A stretch of 64,000 nucleotides of DNA from Raja brachyura (taxonomy: Eukaryota). The stretch spans positions 40,982,001 to 41,046,000 of the forward strand of contig OY740785.1 in NCBI GenBank assembly GCA_963514005.1, in the 5' to 3' direction. Below, piece after piece: positions 49,769 to 62,400 of the stretch. Below the pieces are notes generated by a model. The model searched no databases. It worked only from the letters and a program-made list of their open reading frames with translations, and had not been told where the DNA came from. The stretch's first letter is position 1, and every line of letters begins with the position of its first letter. Both the position numbers and the translations under genes were made by a program.

Positions 49769-49843
49769 GAGAGGTGGAATATTGCGTTGGGGCACCAGCC
49801 CTCCCATGTGAAGCTGGGACCCAACGGGTCCCACTTAGTCTAG
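49769..49843 (+). mobile_element. Helitron 3' terminus, copy 3 (rest in the gap)
   Basis: Hairpin TGGGACCC-AAC-GGGTCCCA (49815-33), then CTTAGTCTAG|T; matches the ends of copies 1 and 2. Confidence 0.92.
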
Positions 49844-50198
49844 TATAGAATTATTGAGGGATTGGACAAGCCAGATGCAGGAAACATGTTTCCAATGTTG
49901 GGGGAGTCCAGCACCTGGGGACACAGTTTAAGAATAAGGGGTAGACCATTTCGAACTGAGGTGAGGAAAAACATTTTCACTCAGAGTTGTAAATTTGTGG
50001 AATTCTCTGCCTCAGAAGGCAATGCATTCAAAATGGAATGAGATAGAGCTCTTAGAGCTAGCAGAATCAAGGGAAATGGGGAGAAGGCAGGAACGGGGTA
50101 TTGATTGTGGATGATCAGCCATGATCACATTGAACGGCGGTGCTGGCTCGAAGGCCTCGGATGGCCTACTCATCCACCTATTTTCGATGTTTCCATGT
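49844..50198 (+). mobile_element. CR1 3' fragment
   Basis: YRIIEGLDKPDAGNMFP...; typical CR1 3' UTR. Confidence 0.85.
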
Positions 50199-50397
50199 AA
50201 TGACACCAATATTCATTCAATCCCACCACAACCCTGAATAATCTTTAACTTCAAAAACTGTGGTTACATTCTCAGTGATCATTTTGCTGTTCTCCTAAGG
50301 TATCTTGCAATCTTTATATTCAGCAGTAAGCTCATGTCTATTCACTAATGCCAGTGGTGAGCACAATATGCAGTACAAATTAATTTTACATTTGGGT

Positions 50398-50937
50398 GCC
50401 ACGATGGCTTAGCAGTAGAGTTGCTGCCTTACAGAGCCAGGTTCGATCCTGACTATGGGTTGCTGTCTGTGCAGAGCTTGTACGTTCTCCCTGTGACATT
50501 CATGGATTTTCGCTGAGACCTTCGGTTTCCCTCCACTCAGATTTGTAGGTTAATTGGCTTGATATAAATGTAAAATTGTCCCTAGTGTGTAGGATAGTGT
50601 TCATAAGTTTAAAGGTCATAAGTGATAGGAGTAGGCCATTCAGCCCATCAAGTCTATGCTGCCTTTCAATCATGGCTGATCAATCATTCTATTCTAACTC
50701 CATTCTCCTCCCTCCTCTCCATAACCTCTGACACCTGTAATAATCTATCTATCGCTCTTAAAAATATTCACTGACTTAGCCTCCACAGCCTTCTGTGGCA
50801 AAGAATTCCACAGATTCACCACCCTTTGACTAACTACATTTCTCCTCGTCTACCGTTAATGTGCAGGAATCACTGGTTGGCGCGGACATGGTGGGCAACA
50901 GGACCTGTTTCCACGGCGTATCTCTAAACTAAACTAA
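50398..50937 (+). mobile_element. HE1-like SINE interrupted by a minus-strand CR1 3' fragment (~50605-50850)
   Basis: tRNA head and V-domain, then the (taaac)n tail after the insert. Confidence 0.75.
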
Positions 50938-51684
50938 AAAAATATTTGATACCTATAATATGATTCTAGATAATCTTCTTATTACATATTTACATATAAC
51001 ATTTTTAGTTATAACAAAGAAATAGCTTTTGCTGCTCTATCCCCTGATATTTCAGTTTTCCCAGGGCACTGTTTAATATGGTTGACATCAATTTGTAACA
51101 ATTCTATATGTATATCTATAATTTAGCACATATTGAGGAATAGAGGTAAAGATAATTATTAAAATCCTTTCACTACCTTTTCACGATTTGAGCTACACAA
51201 CCTCTGATAGTCCATTTCTGTTGTAACAATGAAACATTTTCAAAATACTCAGCAAGTCAAACAGCATCTGTGGAGAGGGAAACCAAATTCACATTGTCAG
51301 AATTGGGGTAATCTCAAAAGCTGACATGTATATGTTTGCAGAATGACAGTATAAGAATAAGAAACATATATGTTATAGAGCAGTCCAAAAGAAGGTAGAT
51401 GATAAGGATTGACGAGGAGAGGGTGCTGATGAATTGTTAGTGGAGGCTCATCATTGTGCCAGACGTGTAAATAGAGGGTGAACAGAGAAGAGTGAAAAGT
51501 CTTGCTCAAACTGTGAGATGCAGAACACAGCAATTCCTTGAATTCCAAAATAAGGAAATCATACGAAGGTCCTGCAGGTCAGACACCATCTGTGGAGAGA
51601 AAAAAAAAAAAACTGGCCAGGGATTGAAAAACAAAAAATTGGAGATGCTAAAAAGCTGAAATAAAAGTAGAAATTGAACACTAA

Positions 51685-52077
51685 TCTTGGGAGCGCAGGA
51701 GGATGAGGGGTGATCTTATTGAGGTGTATAAAATCATGAGAGGAATAGATCGGGTAGATGCACAGAGTCTCTTGCCCAGAGTAGGTGAATCAAGGACCAG
51801 AGGACATAGGTTTAAGTTGAGGGGGGAAAGATTCAATAGGAACCTGAGGGGTACGTTTTTCACACAAAGGGTGGTAGGTGTATGGAACAAGCTGCCAGAG
51901 GAGGTAGTTGTGGCAGGGACTATCCTACCATTTAAGAAACAGACAGGTACATGGATAGGACAGGTTTGGAAGGATATGGACCAAACATGGGCAGGTGGGA
52001 CTAGTGTAGCTGGGACATGTTAGCCAGTGTGGACCAAAGGGCCTGTTTCCACACTGCATCACTCTATGACTTTATGA
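51685..52077 (+). mobile_element. CR1 3' fragment
   Basis: MRGDLIEVYKIMRGIDRVD...FFTQRVVGVWNKLP. Confidence 0.88.
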
Positions 52078-52387
52078 CAACTGCTCCAAGGTCTGCATGC
52101 TCTCAGTTTGACCCTTATCTGTTTCAGCCATAGTCTTTTCATCTCCACCCTCGCACAGACATTTTGTTAGTTCTTCCTATTCCAGCAATTTCACTGCATT
52201 TTAAATATGAATATCTTCTACATATTTCCCAGTTCTGAAGAAAGATAATCATCCTGAAATATTAACTCAATTTCTCTCAACACAGATATTAACTGACTTG
52301 CTGAGTATTTTCAGAATTTGCTGTGTTGATTTTAAATTTCATTCATCTGCAGTTCTGCTTTTACACAGTTGTAACATTTATGCTAAA

Positions 52388-52525
52388 CAGTGTTTTAGTA
52401 AAGGTACAGTGTTTTAGTAAAGGTACAGTGTTTTAGTAAAGGTACAGTGTTTGAGTAAAGGTACAGTGGGTGAGTAAAGGTACAGTGGGTGAGTAAAGGT
52501 ACAGTGGGTGAGTAAAGGTACAGTG
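52388..52525 (+). repeat. 19-bp tandem repeat x7 at the LINE 5' end
   Basis: cagtg[tttt/tttg/ggtg]agtaaaggta. Confidence 0.92.
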
Positions 52526-52657
52526 CTTTTGGTTTGTATAATAAAGGTGTAGGTTAAAGGTCAAGAGGGAGCAGCTGTTTGAGTCAGATACCTGCTGATT
52601 TCTCACAGCAGTTTCTATTATATTATACTGGTATCGGATCCAGGATAAGGCAAGAGA

Positions 52658-53593
52658 ATGTCAGCCAGAGCAGTGTACTGTACTGCATGTCAGATGTGGG
52701 AGGTCATGGCGTCGGATGGCCCTCTTGACGTCCACATCTGCATCAGGTGCAGAGAGATGGGGCTCCTAAGGGACCGTATTAGGATCCTGGAACAGCAGCT
52801 CGATGACCTCTGCCTGGTCAGGGAGAGTGAAAAGGTGATAGAGGAGAGTTATAGGGAGGTGGTCACTCCAAAACCACAGGAGAGAGACATGTGGGTCACG
52901 CTAAGGAAGGGCAAGGGGCAGAGGCATGAACGAGTGAGTACTCCAATGTCAGTACACCTGGCAAATAAGTACTCCTGTTTGAGTACGGATGGGGGTGACA
53001 GCCTACCCGGGGGTAGCGACAGCGGATGGGCCTTCAGCACAGAGACCGGCCCTGTTGCTCCGAAAGGTAGGGGAAAAAAGAGGAGGGCAATAGTAATTGG
53101 GGACTCTATTGTTAGGGGGTTGGATAGGCGATTCTGTGGACGCAGTCGGGAGACCAGGATGATGGTCTGCCTCCCTGGTGCCAAGGTCTTGGACGTGTCT
53201 AAACGTGTCCAAGATATCCTCAAATCAGAGGGAGAGGAGCCTGAGGTCATGGTACATATAGGTACCAATGACATAGGTAAAAAAAGGGAAGAGGTCCTGA
53301 AGGGAGGATTTAAGGACTTGGGAGGAGAGTTGAGGAAAAGGACCAAAAAGGTAACAATCTCAGGATTACTGCCTGTGCCACATGACAGTGAGAGTAGAAA
53401 TGGAGCAAGGTGGAGGTTAAATGCTTGGCTGAAAGACTGGTGCAGAGGGCAGGGATTCAAGTTTCTGGATCATTGGGACTTCTTTTGGGGTAGGTGGGAC
53501 CTGTACAGAAAGGATGGGTTGCACTTGTACCCGAGGGGGACCAATATCCTGGCGGGGAAATTTGCAAAGGCCACTGGGGAGACTTTAAACTAG
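52658..53593 (+). CDS. CR1 ORF1 protein: zinc finger, coiled coil and SGNH esterase, 311 aa, intact
   Basis: CxxC...CxxC, LRDRIRILEQQLDDL heptads, VIGDSIVR, CLPGA, HIGTND, DGLHL. Confidence 0.9.
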   Translation: MSARAVYCTACQMWEVMASDGPLDVHICIRCREMGLLRDRIRILEQQLDDLCLVRESEKVIEESYREVVTPKPQERDMWVTLRKGKGQRHERVSTPMSVHLANKYSCLSTDGGDSLPGGSDSGWAFSTETGPVAPKGRGKKRRAIVIGDSIVRGLDRRFCGRSRETRMMVCLPGAKVLDVSKRVQDILKSEGEEPEVMVHIGTNDIGKKREEVLKGGFKDLGGELRKRTKKVTISGLLPVPHDSESRNGARWRLNAWLKDWCRGQGFKFLDHWDFFWGRWDLYRKDGLHLYPRGTNILAGKFAKATGETLN

Positions 53594-53729
53594 AATGGTT
53601 GGGGCGAGGGATACAAATAGCAAAAGCTAGTAGACAGAATGGGAGGCAGGAAGCAGAAAAGGGAAGCACTCGGACACAAGAGGAGAAAGAAAAAAAAAGG
53701 AAACAAACAGAGAATAAGAGGTGGGGGGT

Positions 53730-55926
53730 TTCTTAAATGTGCATATTTTTATGCTAGGAGCATTGTAAGAAAGGTGGATGAGCTTAGAGTCTGGATAGAC
53801 ACCTGGAAGTATGATGTTGTGGCGATCAGTGAAACATGGTTGCAGGAGGGCTGTGATTGGAAACTAAATATTCCAGGATTTCGTTGCTTCAGGTGTGATA
53901 GAATTGGAGGGGCAAGAGGTGGAGGTGTTGCATTGCTGGTCAGGGAAGATATTACAGCAGTGCTTTGGTAGGATAGATTGGAGGGCTCATCTAGGGAGGT
54001 TTTTGGGTGGAACTGAGAAGTGGGAAAGGTGTAGCAACACTTATAGGGGTATATTATAGACCGCCAAATGGGGAACGAGAATTGGAAGAGCAAATATGTA
54101 AAGAGATAGCAGATATTAGTAGTAAGCACAAGGTAGTGATTGTGGGAGATTTCAACTTTCCACACATAGACTGGGAAACACATTCTGTAAATGGGCTGGA
54201 TGGTTTGGAGTTTGTAAAATGTGTGCAGGATAGTTTTTTGCAGCAATACATAGAGGTGCCTACTAGAGGAGGGGCAGTGCTGGACCTCCTGTTAGGAAAT
54301 GAGACGGGACAGGTGGTGGAGGTATGCGTAGGGGAGCACTTCGGGTCCAGTGATCACAATACCATTAGTTTCAATATAATTATGGAGAAGGACAGAACTG
54401 GGCCTAGGGTTGAGATTTTTGTTTGGAGAAAGGCTAACTTTAACGAGATGCGAGATGATTTAAAAGGAGTGAAAGGGACATTTTGTTTTATGGGAAAGAT
54501 GTAGAGGAGAAATGGAAGACATTTAAAGGGGAAATTTTAAGAGTACAGAATCTTTATGTTCCTGTTTGGTTGAAAGGAACCAGTAAAAATTGGAAAGAGC
54601 CCAGGTTTTCAAGGGAAATTGGACATCTTGTTAGGAAAAAGAGGGAGATCTACAATAATTATAGGCAGCATGAAGTAAATGAGGTGCTTGAGAAGTATAA
54701 GGAATGTAGAAAGAATCTTAAGAAAGAAATTAGAAAAGCTAAAAGAAGATATGAGGTTGCTTTGGCAAGTAAGGTGAAAGTAAATCCAAAGGGTTTCTAC
54801 AGCTATATTAATAGCAAAAGGATAACAAGGGATAAAATTGGTCCATTGGAGAGACCGAGTGGACAGCTATCTGCAGAGCCAAAAGAGATGGGGGAGATAT
54901 TGAACAATTTCTTTTCTTCGATATTCACCAAGGAGAAGGATATTGAATTATGTGAGGTAAGGCAAACTAGTAGAGTAGCTATGGATACTATGAGTTTCAA
55001 AGTAAAAGAAGTACTGACACTTTTGAAAAATATAAAAGTGGATAAGTCTCCAGGTCCTGACAGGATATTCCCTAGGACATTGAGGGAAGATAGTGTAGAA
55101 ATAGCCGGGGCTATGACAGAAATATTTCAAGTGTCATTAGAAACGGGAATAGTCCCCGAGGATTGGCGTACTGCGCATGTTGTTCCATTGTTTAAAAAGG
55201 GTTCTAAAATGTGAGGTGCTACACCTTGGCAGGACAAATCAAAATAGGACGCACATGGTAAACGGTAGGGAATTGAAGAATACAGTTGAACAGAGGGATC
55301 TGGGAATAACCGTGCATAGTTCCTTGAAGGTGGAATCTCATATAGATAGGGTGGTAAAGAAAGCTTTTGGTATGCTAGCCTTTATAAATCAGAGCATTGA
55401 GTATAGAAGCTGGGATGTAATGTTAAAATTGTACAAGGCATTGGTGAGACCAAATCTGGAGTATGGTGTACAATTTTGGTTGCCCAATTATAGGAAGGAT
55501 GTCAACAAAATAGAGAGGGTGCAGAGGAGATTTACTAGAATGTTGCCTGGGTTTCAACAGCTAAGTTACAGAGATAGGTTGAATAAGTTAGGTCTTTATT
55601 CTCTGGAGCGCAGAAGGTTAAGGGGGGACTTGATAGAGGTCTTTAAAATGATGAGAGGGATGGACAGAGTTGATGTGGACAAGCTTTTCCCATTGAGGGT
55701 AGGGAAGATTCAAACAAGAGGACATGACTTTAGAATTAAGGGACAGAGGTTTAGGGGTAACATGAGGGGGAACTTCTTTACTCAGAGAGTGGTAGCGGTG
55801 TGGAATGAGCTTCCAGTGGAAGTGGTGGCGGCAGGTTCGTTGGTATCATTTAAAAATAAATTGGATAGGCATATGGATGAGAAGGGTATGGAGGGTTATG
55901 GTATGAGTGCAGGCAGGTGGGACTAA
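53730..55926 (+). pseudogene. CR1 ORF2 (APE endonuclease; RT core missing)
   Basis: ISETWL, GGGVALLV, YYRPP, VGDFN, SSDH; stop at 53969 and frameshifts; no QG or ADD RT motifs. Confidence 0.9.
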
Positions 55927-56469
55927 GGGAAACAAGTTGTTCGGCACGGGCTTTAATGGCCGAGATGGCCTGTTTCCGTGCTGTAATTGTTATATGGTTA
56001 TATGGTTATATGTTACCTCCTAATTGCTCAATTAGCTTTGCATTACACAATGTAGAGACAAGAAGGAGGCATTAATTATGTTTCGATTTTCACATTGATG
56101 TAAACAATTGAATATTTGTGCAAGAGAGCGTTACTTTCTCCATAAGACAGGTAAATCAATAGGTATCATCTGCAGCACACATTCAAAGTGTTCAGCTATT
56201 TCCTTAATGACCTACAGCTTTTGACTGAACATACTACAGGGGTTTGTTGCTCAACTTAGCAGTCTGTTAACAAGTGATGTAAAAACTTGCCACAGGGAGC
56301 ATACATATTTAAATTTGTCCAGAATTAATATAAGATTAATATTTAATATAACAATACAGCATATTCCATGCACTGGAATCAGGTTCTTGTGACCACTCTG
56401 CCCTGCAGAGATTAAAAATTGCAACTGATTTTATTCTTATAAGAAACCAGTAAAAATGGCAAGGATCAG

Positions 56470-57330
56470 TGTAAACAGCTGTACAGACACAGTCTGGTGT
56501 TTAAATCATCTTTAATCATCAGTCATGGTGGTGCAGTATAATACGTTGTTAGTTCATCTCTACCGCCAGTGTAACTACATAATATGGGAGATGGGTGTTA
56601 ATATAAAGTGTACTGTAAGGTGGAGTTAGTGGTAGTACATTACTCTGATTGGTTCACATGCACTAGCCAATCTACATCCTTCCCTGTAGAGAAAAGAGTT
56701 AAACAGATGTTAAAACACATGCGGTTAAACATACTCACCGTACCTGTCAGGCGGTCTGCTAACCCGACCCGAATGTGTTCGGACAAACCCTTCCCATTCT
56801 GTACCGGAAAGGTTAGTAGGGCTGGGTGGGAAGGAACCCGAGAAAGAGAACGCAGCGGGGAGCCTGGGGAGGAACGGGAGGGCGAGCATGCAGGACTAGG
56901 GGCACTTAGGGATGTGGGAACCAAACAACGCGGAGAGTGCATGCTGGGGTCAGGGGGTCTGGGATGAACAATAGCAGCAGTTGTCTTGAACAACAGAGGT
57001 GGTGCATGGGGACCAGGAGGAGCTGGTCGCAGTTCGTTCACGGGCAGAAGATGTTGACGGCTGCGCCGGTACAGAACACCATCAACGTTGACAAGGTAGG
57101 AATGAAGTTCCTTGGCTGGCCCCTCAACGAAACCCAGTCGGGTGTGTCGAACTGCAGTCTGCACGCGGACCACTTGGCCTTGCAGTAACGGGTTAAGTTG
57201 CTTGCTCGACCTGTCATAGGAGCGCTTCTGGACATCACGTTTCTCCTGAATGTACTTCTGGACGCAGCAGGTTTGAGCACCTGTGGCTTCAGCTTTCTAA
57301 CCTGGTCTGGCCTTTTGTGGTCCTTAGCTA
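56470..57330 (-). mobile_element. Gypsy LTR retrotransposon 3' end (integrase C-terminus, PPT, 3' LTR at 56470-56676)
   Basis: VVRVQT...SYLVNVDGVLYRRSRQHLL; purine tract AGGGAAGGA followed by an LTR TGTAG...TTACA with an ATTAAA signal. Confidence 0.75.
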
Positions 57331-59405
57331 ATTGTAGAAATGGAGAAAGATGCACAAATTTGTATTTATCTTAAATCTAATACAAATTTGGTATTTTGCT
57401 CTTTTAAAATAATATCTTCATCTTTGAGAATATATTTAGTTGCGATTTAATGCACTATAGAACAAATATAAATTGTATACAACATACTGTGAACATACGA
57501 CCCGAAATGTCACCTCCCCATTTTCTCCAAAGATGCTGCCTGACCTGCTGAGGTACTCAGCATTTTGTGTCTTATTGGATAATGGTTCACTTTTAGCCCA
57601 CATTTATTTCTTGTTTGATTTTCAATATGAAACAAAATCATATTGCTATTTCACATTGTTGAAGCAGGTTTTCCCTGGAAACATTGCAACCTGTGTCTCA
57701 ATTGATATTTGATGCAGGTTTCATTTTGCTGATTGTGATGTTTTGAATAAAGATCACTCAATCCTCATGCTCCTAAATATTATCAATATATTTAAAGGAA
57801 ATGAACATATAAAGTGAAAGAAAGCAAAAAGTTGTCTTAGCTTCAATGCTACTGACAGGTATGTGCCATTCTATCTTTGTTAACACAAGATATGGTGTTA
57901 GAATTACTTTTAAATCTGCTTTCCTCCAATGTATATATAGCTGACAGATATGTAATGTAGTAGGAATTAATTAAATGGGTAAAAGTGGTTTCTTTCAAGG
58001 ATGTTTTAAATGTAATGGTACAACAATTTAGTTGACGTTGTTTCTGTGTTTTTTTGGAAATATAAAATCTACAATTCATGTGAAATTGTACATTGAAATT
58101 CTACATTGTGAAATAGGTTACTGAGATACTCAAAATAACAAAATGTTAACTGCAGAGAATAGAAAATAAATAGGTATCTGCTGGTTTGAAGAAAACATCC
58201 TTTCTGGAGTTGACCAGAATAATATTTGGCAGCAGCTATAGTGTGGATTAAACCAGGTTGACTGGAGCTGTGATAACAGCACTAACTGCTATAACCCTGT
58301 AACACTGGTTTTCTGCTTAATATATATTTCTAAATTAAAATTATTCCAATAAAGCCAAATGTATGTTATTTGCTCCTGTAGTCCTGATAGGATTATTTTC
58401 CTTGAATATCATCTTAATGTTTGGCCCCTCTATGATGATATTGAATCAAAATAGCCCCAGATCGGAATCATGTGAAACATCTCTACTCCACTTCAGCCAC
58501 TTAAAACCTATCCTTAACTTTTAGTCTCCGCAGTATTTTTTAATCCAAGTTTTACGTTGAGAGAAATCAATGCAATAATATTCCTTTAATGTAGACACAA
58601 GGTACTGCAGATGCTGTTTATGAAAACACCACAATGTACTTGGGTGATTCAACGGGTCAGGCAGCATCCCTGACAGACTTGGATAGGCAATTTTTTGGGT
58701 TGGATCCCTTCCTCAAACTGATTTATCTTCTTCCAGTGTCTCCTGTGCAATATTTTGATTTAAAACTCTGCAGAATTAATTCAAGTCGCATGTGTCAACC
58801 ATGATAGTCATCCTGACGTTATAGTACTGGTATGGAATACAAATTCCTCTTTGGTCAGTTGCATTAAATAATATAGCACCAGCTACCTTTTCTACTCTCC
58901 TTCCAGTTCAAATCAATTGGAGTTCGTTTTTGGAGAACTAAACAGAGCCTTTATTACAATCTGCACCATGTGTCAGCAATTAAGGCAAAGGATCTGTCAT
59001 GCATAGTTTGTCAATTATGTTTTCCTTTAATAAATTAAATGTATTTAATTACTTTATCATCAATTAGCAATTTACAAATTTCATGTTTAATTATATGTTC
59101 CAATATGTTGAATAGCATTGTTGTTGTCTCTATTTGTCTGGGGTAGTTCTATCTTTTGTAAAAATAGATATTTCATTGACTTTCATTGAATATTACGAGA
59201 AGCATTCATCAGTACCTTATCTTGTTTCTTCACTTTTTTATGAATCTCTTCATTCAAGCCTGAGAGTACCCTTTAAATCTAACTGAAAAGATAAGATTCC
59301 CAATGGACTGGACATTGTGTTTGATCACTACATTGGGAATCTTTAGATGTAGTTAAATTCCTTGCATTTTCTTCTTTACTTAAAACATTACAATAATTGT
59401 TATAT

Positions 59406-62400
59406 TGTAGCGGCACCTAGTGGTGGCTTGGGGCATCACGAACCCTCGCTATTGGCTGGCACGCTCACATGATCATGGGAGTGTTTTTGCGGGTTTTTGT
59501 ATAGTCTTAATTCAAGCTGCACCCTGTTAGAAGGAGCTTCGTATAATTTGGCTGATCGAAATGCGGTTGAGTTAAACACTTTGTTATCCTTTAAAATAAA
59601 GAATTTTACTTAACTCAACTGACTCATCTTGCCAAAGTGGTGACCCCGTCAGTCCGCTCGTTTATTCCAACTTTGATCATGAATGCCGCCGCTAACTCCG
59701 ACACCCAGCCTACCCAGCAAAATGCCGTGGGCCTCAAACTGCCCTTTTTATGGGCGGAGCAGCCTCAAGTGCGTTCACCCACATTGAGGCCCAATTCCAA
59801 CTTAGAAATATCATCGCGGACGCCACACGATATTTCTATGTGCAAGTACGAGGGCCTCAAGGCGCTGCTGGTACGCACTTTTGGGCTCAGCCACCGCGAT
59901 CGCGCCGCCTGCTCCATATGGACGGCCTCGGCGATCAAAACCCGTCCGCGCTGATGAGCCAGATGCTTGCCCTGATGGACGGCCACTGACCCTGCCTGCT
60001 GTTCGAGCAGGCCTTCCTGGAGCAGATGCCCGACAACATCTGCCTGCTCCTCGCTGGGTTTGACTTCGCCGATCCCCTGCAGCTCGCTGAATGGGCTGAC
60101 GAACTTTGGCTCGACATGCAGCAAGACGGCGGGTCCTTCAATCTGGTATCCGTGCCCATGCACCAAACGTCCAACCCTCTGCTGCCATCGCCACGCCGCA
60201 GCTGACCGCCGGAGACCGTGGTAAGCGCCAGTGGTGCTACTACCACCAACGCTGGGGTGCTGATGCCCAGCCGATGCCGCGCCCCCTGCTCGTTTGCGTG
60301 AAATGCCTCAGCCGATCGTCAGTAGAGGCTATCGCGATCGGCCAGAATCACCGTCTCTACGTTCGGGATCGCTGTTCCGGACTTCGTTTCCTTGTGGACT
60401 CCGGGTCCGTCATGAGCATCCTTCCCCTGAATGGACTGGACACCCGTGCCAGTAAGCGAGGCTCCGTCCTGTTCGCCGTCAACTGTAGCCCATCCGCACG
60501 AACGGCATGCGGACTCTTTCCCTCATCTTTGACATCGCCCATATTCCTGGACTTTTACCGTCGCAGACGTGGCCCAACCGTTGCTGGGCGCCGATTTCCT
60601 CTGGGCCTTTTCGTTACTGGTGGATGTGCGGGGCATCATGTCATCTCGCAGGGCACGGCCCCACTGCCCACTAAGGTGGAGGCAAGTCGGCAGTTCCCTC
60701 GGCCGCTCACCATCAAGGGGCTGCAGGAGTTTGTTGGCATGTTGAACTTTTACTACTTCGTGCCGGCCAGGATCATGCACCCTCTGTTTCAGTGCCTCGC
60801 CGGTAAACTACGGGATTTTGTGTGGACTGACGAGGCACTGGCTGCGTTCGATGGCGCGAAGGAGGCGTTGGTCAAGGCCACCATGCTGGTGCACCCGCGG
60901 GTCGCTGCCCCTATCGCCCTCACAGTGGACGGCCGCTGGCAGCCTGGCTTTTTTTAGCCATCATCTACGGCCCCTGGAGCGCAGCTTCAGCGCCTTCGAC
61001 CGGGAGCTCCTCGCCCTTTACCTGCCCGTACGGCATTTTTGGTATTTTCTGGAGGGCAGGCCCTTCACGGACCACAAGCCCCTGATGTTCACCTTGGCTA
61101 AGGTGTCCGACCCCCTGGTCTGCCCGGCAACAGCGGCACCTGGCGTTCATGTACAAATTCATCATGGACGTTCAGCATGTGGCCGGCAGGCTCAACCTGG
61201 TTGCAGATGCTTTGTCTCGCCCTGCTCTCCCGGCTGTGGCGGCCATAGACCCTGGAGTGGATTATGCGGGGTTCGCAGAAGCGCACCACGAGGGTGGTGA
61301 GATGGACAGTTATAGGACAGCTGCCTCCAGGTTGAGGTTGGCTGATGTCCCTTTCGGCTCAGGAGGAGTGTCGGTCCTCTGTGATGTGTCCACCGGGAGA
61401 CCACACCAAATCCCCGTGGGTTGGCGGCGTCGGGTTTTCAACACCATCCATGGCCTGGCCCACTCCTCAATCTGTGCGACATCTGCGCTGGTAGCAAACA
61501 CGTTTGTCTGGCAGGTCCTTCGTAAACAAGTCACGGCTTGGGCCAGAGCCGGCATTCCCTGCCAGACATTGAAGGTCCAGTGACATGTGCGGGCAACATT
61601 GAAAGATTTTGCAGTTCCCTCTGGCCATTTCCGGCACATCAATGTAGATTTGGTGGGTCCACTGCCGCCATCTCGCGTTGCCATGCATCTACTCACAGTC
61701 GTGGATAATTTTACGAGGTGGCCTGAGGCAATTCCGCTGACCGACACCTCTGCCGCATCTTGTTCTCGAGCTCTTGCGGCTCATTGGATTGCTCGTTTTG
61801 GTGTGCCTGCAGACATTTCCACCGACCGCGGGCCCAGTTCACTTCAGCTTTGTGGGCAGCTCTGGCGCAGTTCTACTGGGCGCAGTTGCACCACCCCACT
61901 GCCTATCACCCTCAGGGCAACGGGTTAGTGGAGCATTTCCACCGGCATCTGAAATCGGTGCTGAAGGCACGGCTCATTGGCCCGGACTGAGTCGACCAGT
62001 TGAGTGTTGTTGGGCATCCCTATAGCCCCAAAAGCGAACCTGGACACGTTGTCCTCTGCGGGTACCCGGGGATTTCCTTCCTGCAGCTCGAGGGCAGCCG
62101 GAACCCTCCTCAGCTGTTCTGGGGAGTCTTTGGGAGAAAGTGAGTGGCCTGGCCTTGTTCCAACCTCCGGTATATGTGCCGCCGGAGCTTATGAACTGCC
62201 TGTTTGTATTCCTCCGCAGGGGCTGCAACGGGTTTATGAGGGTCCTTTCAGGGACTTGCGCCCCGGTGTCGCAACTTTCCGGTTGGATGTCGGGGGCAAG
62301 GAGGAGATCGTCTCGGTCACTCGCCTCAAGCCCGCCCACCTGGATGTCGATAGCCCGGTCGTGGTGCTTCAACCCCGGCGTAGAGGTCGTCCGCTGGTCA

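Larger units (their letters stand above)
52388..56012 (+). mobile_element. Near-full-length CR1-clade LINE with the RT core deleted
   Basis: 5' tandem repeats, ORF1, APE endonuclease, a jump from VVPLFKKGSK to KCEVLHLG at ~55209, ORF2 C-terminus, (tatggtta)n tail. Confidence 0.93.

Noticed and set aside
49021-49848. Long ORFs containing X runs (also 32962-33363)
   Set aside because: Artefacts of N gaps.
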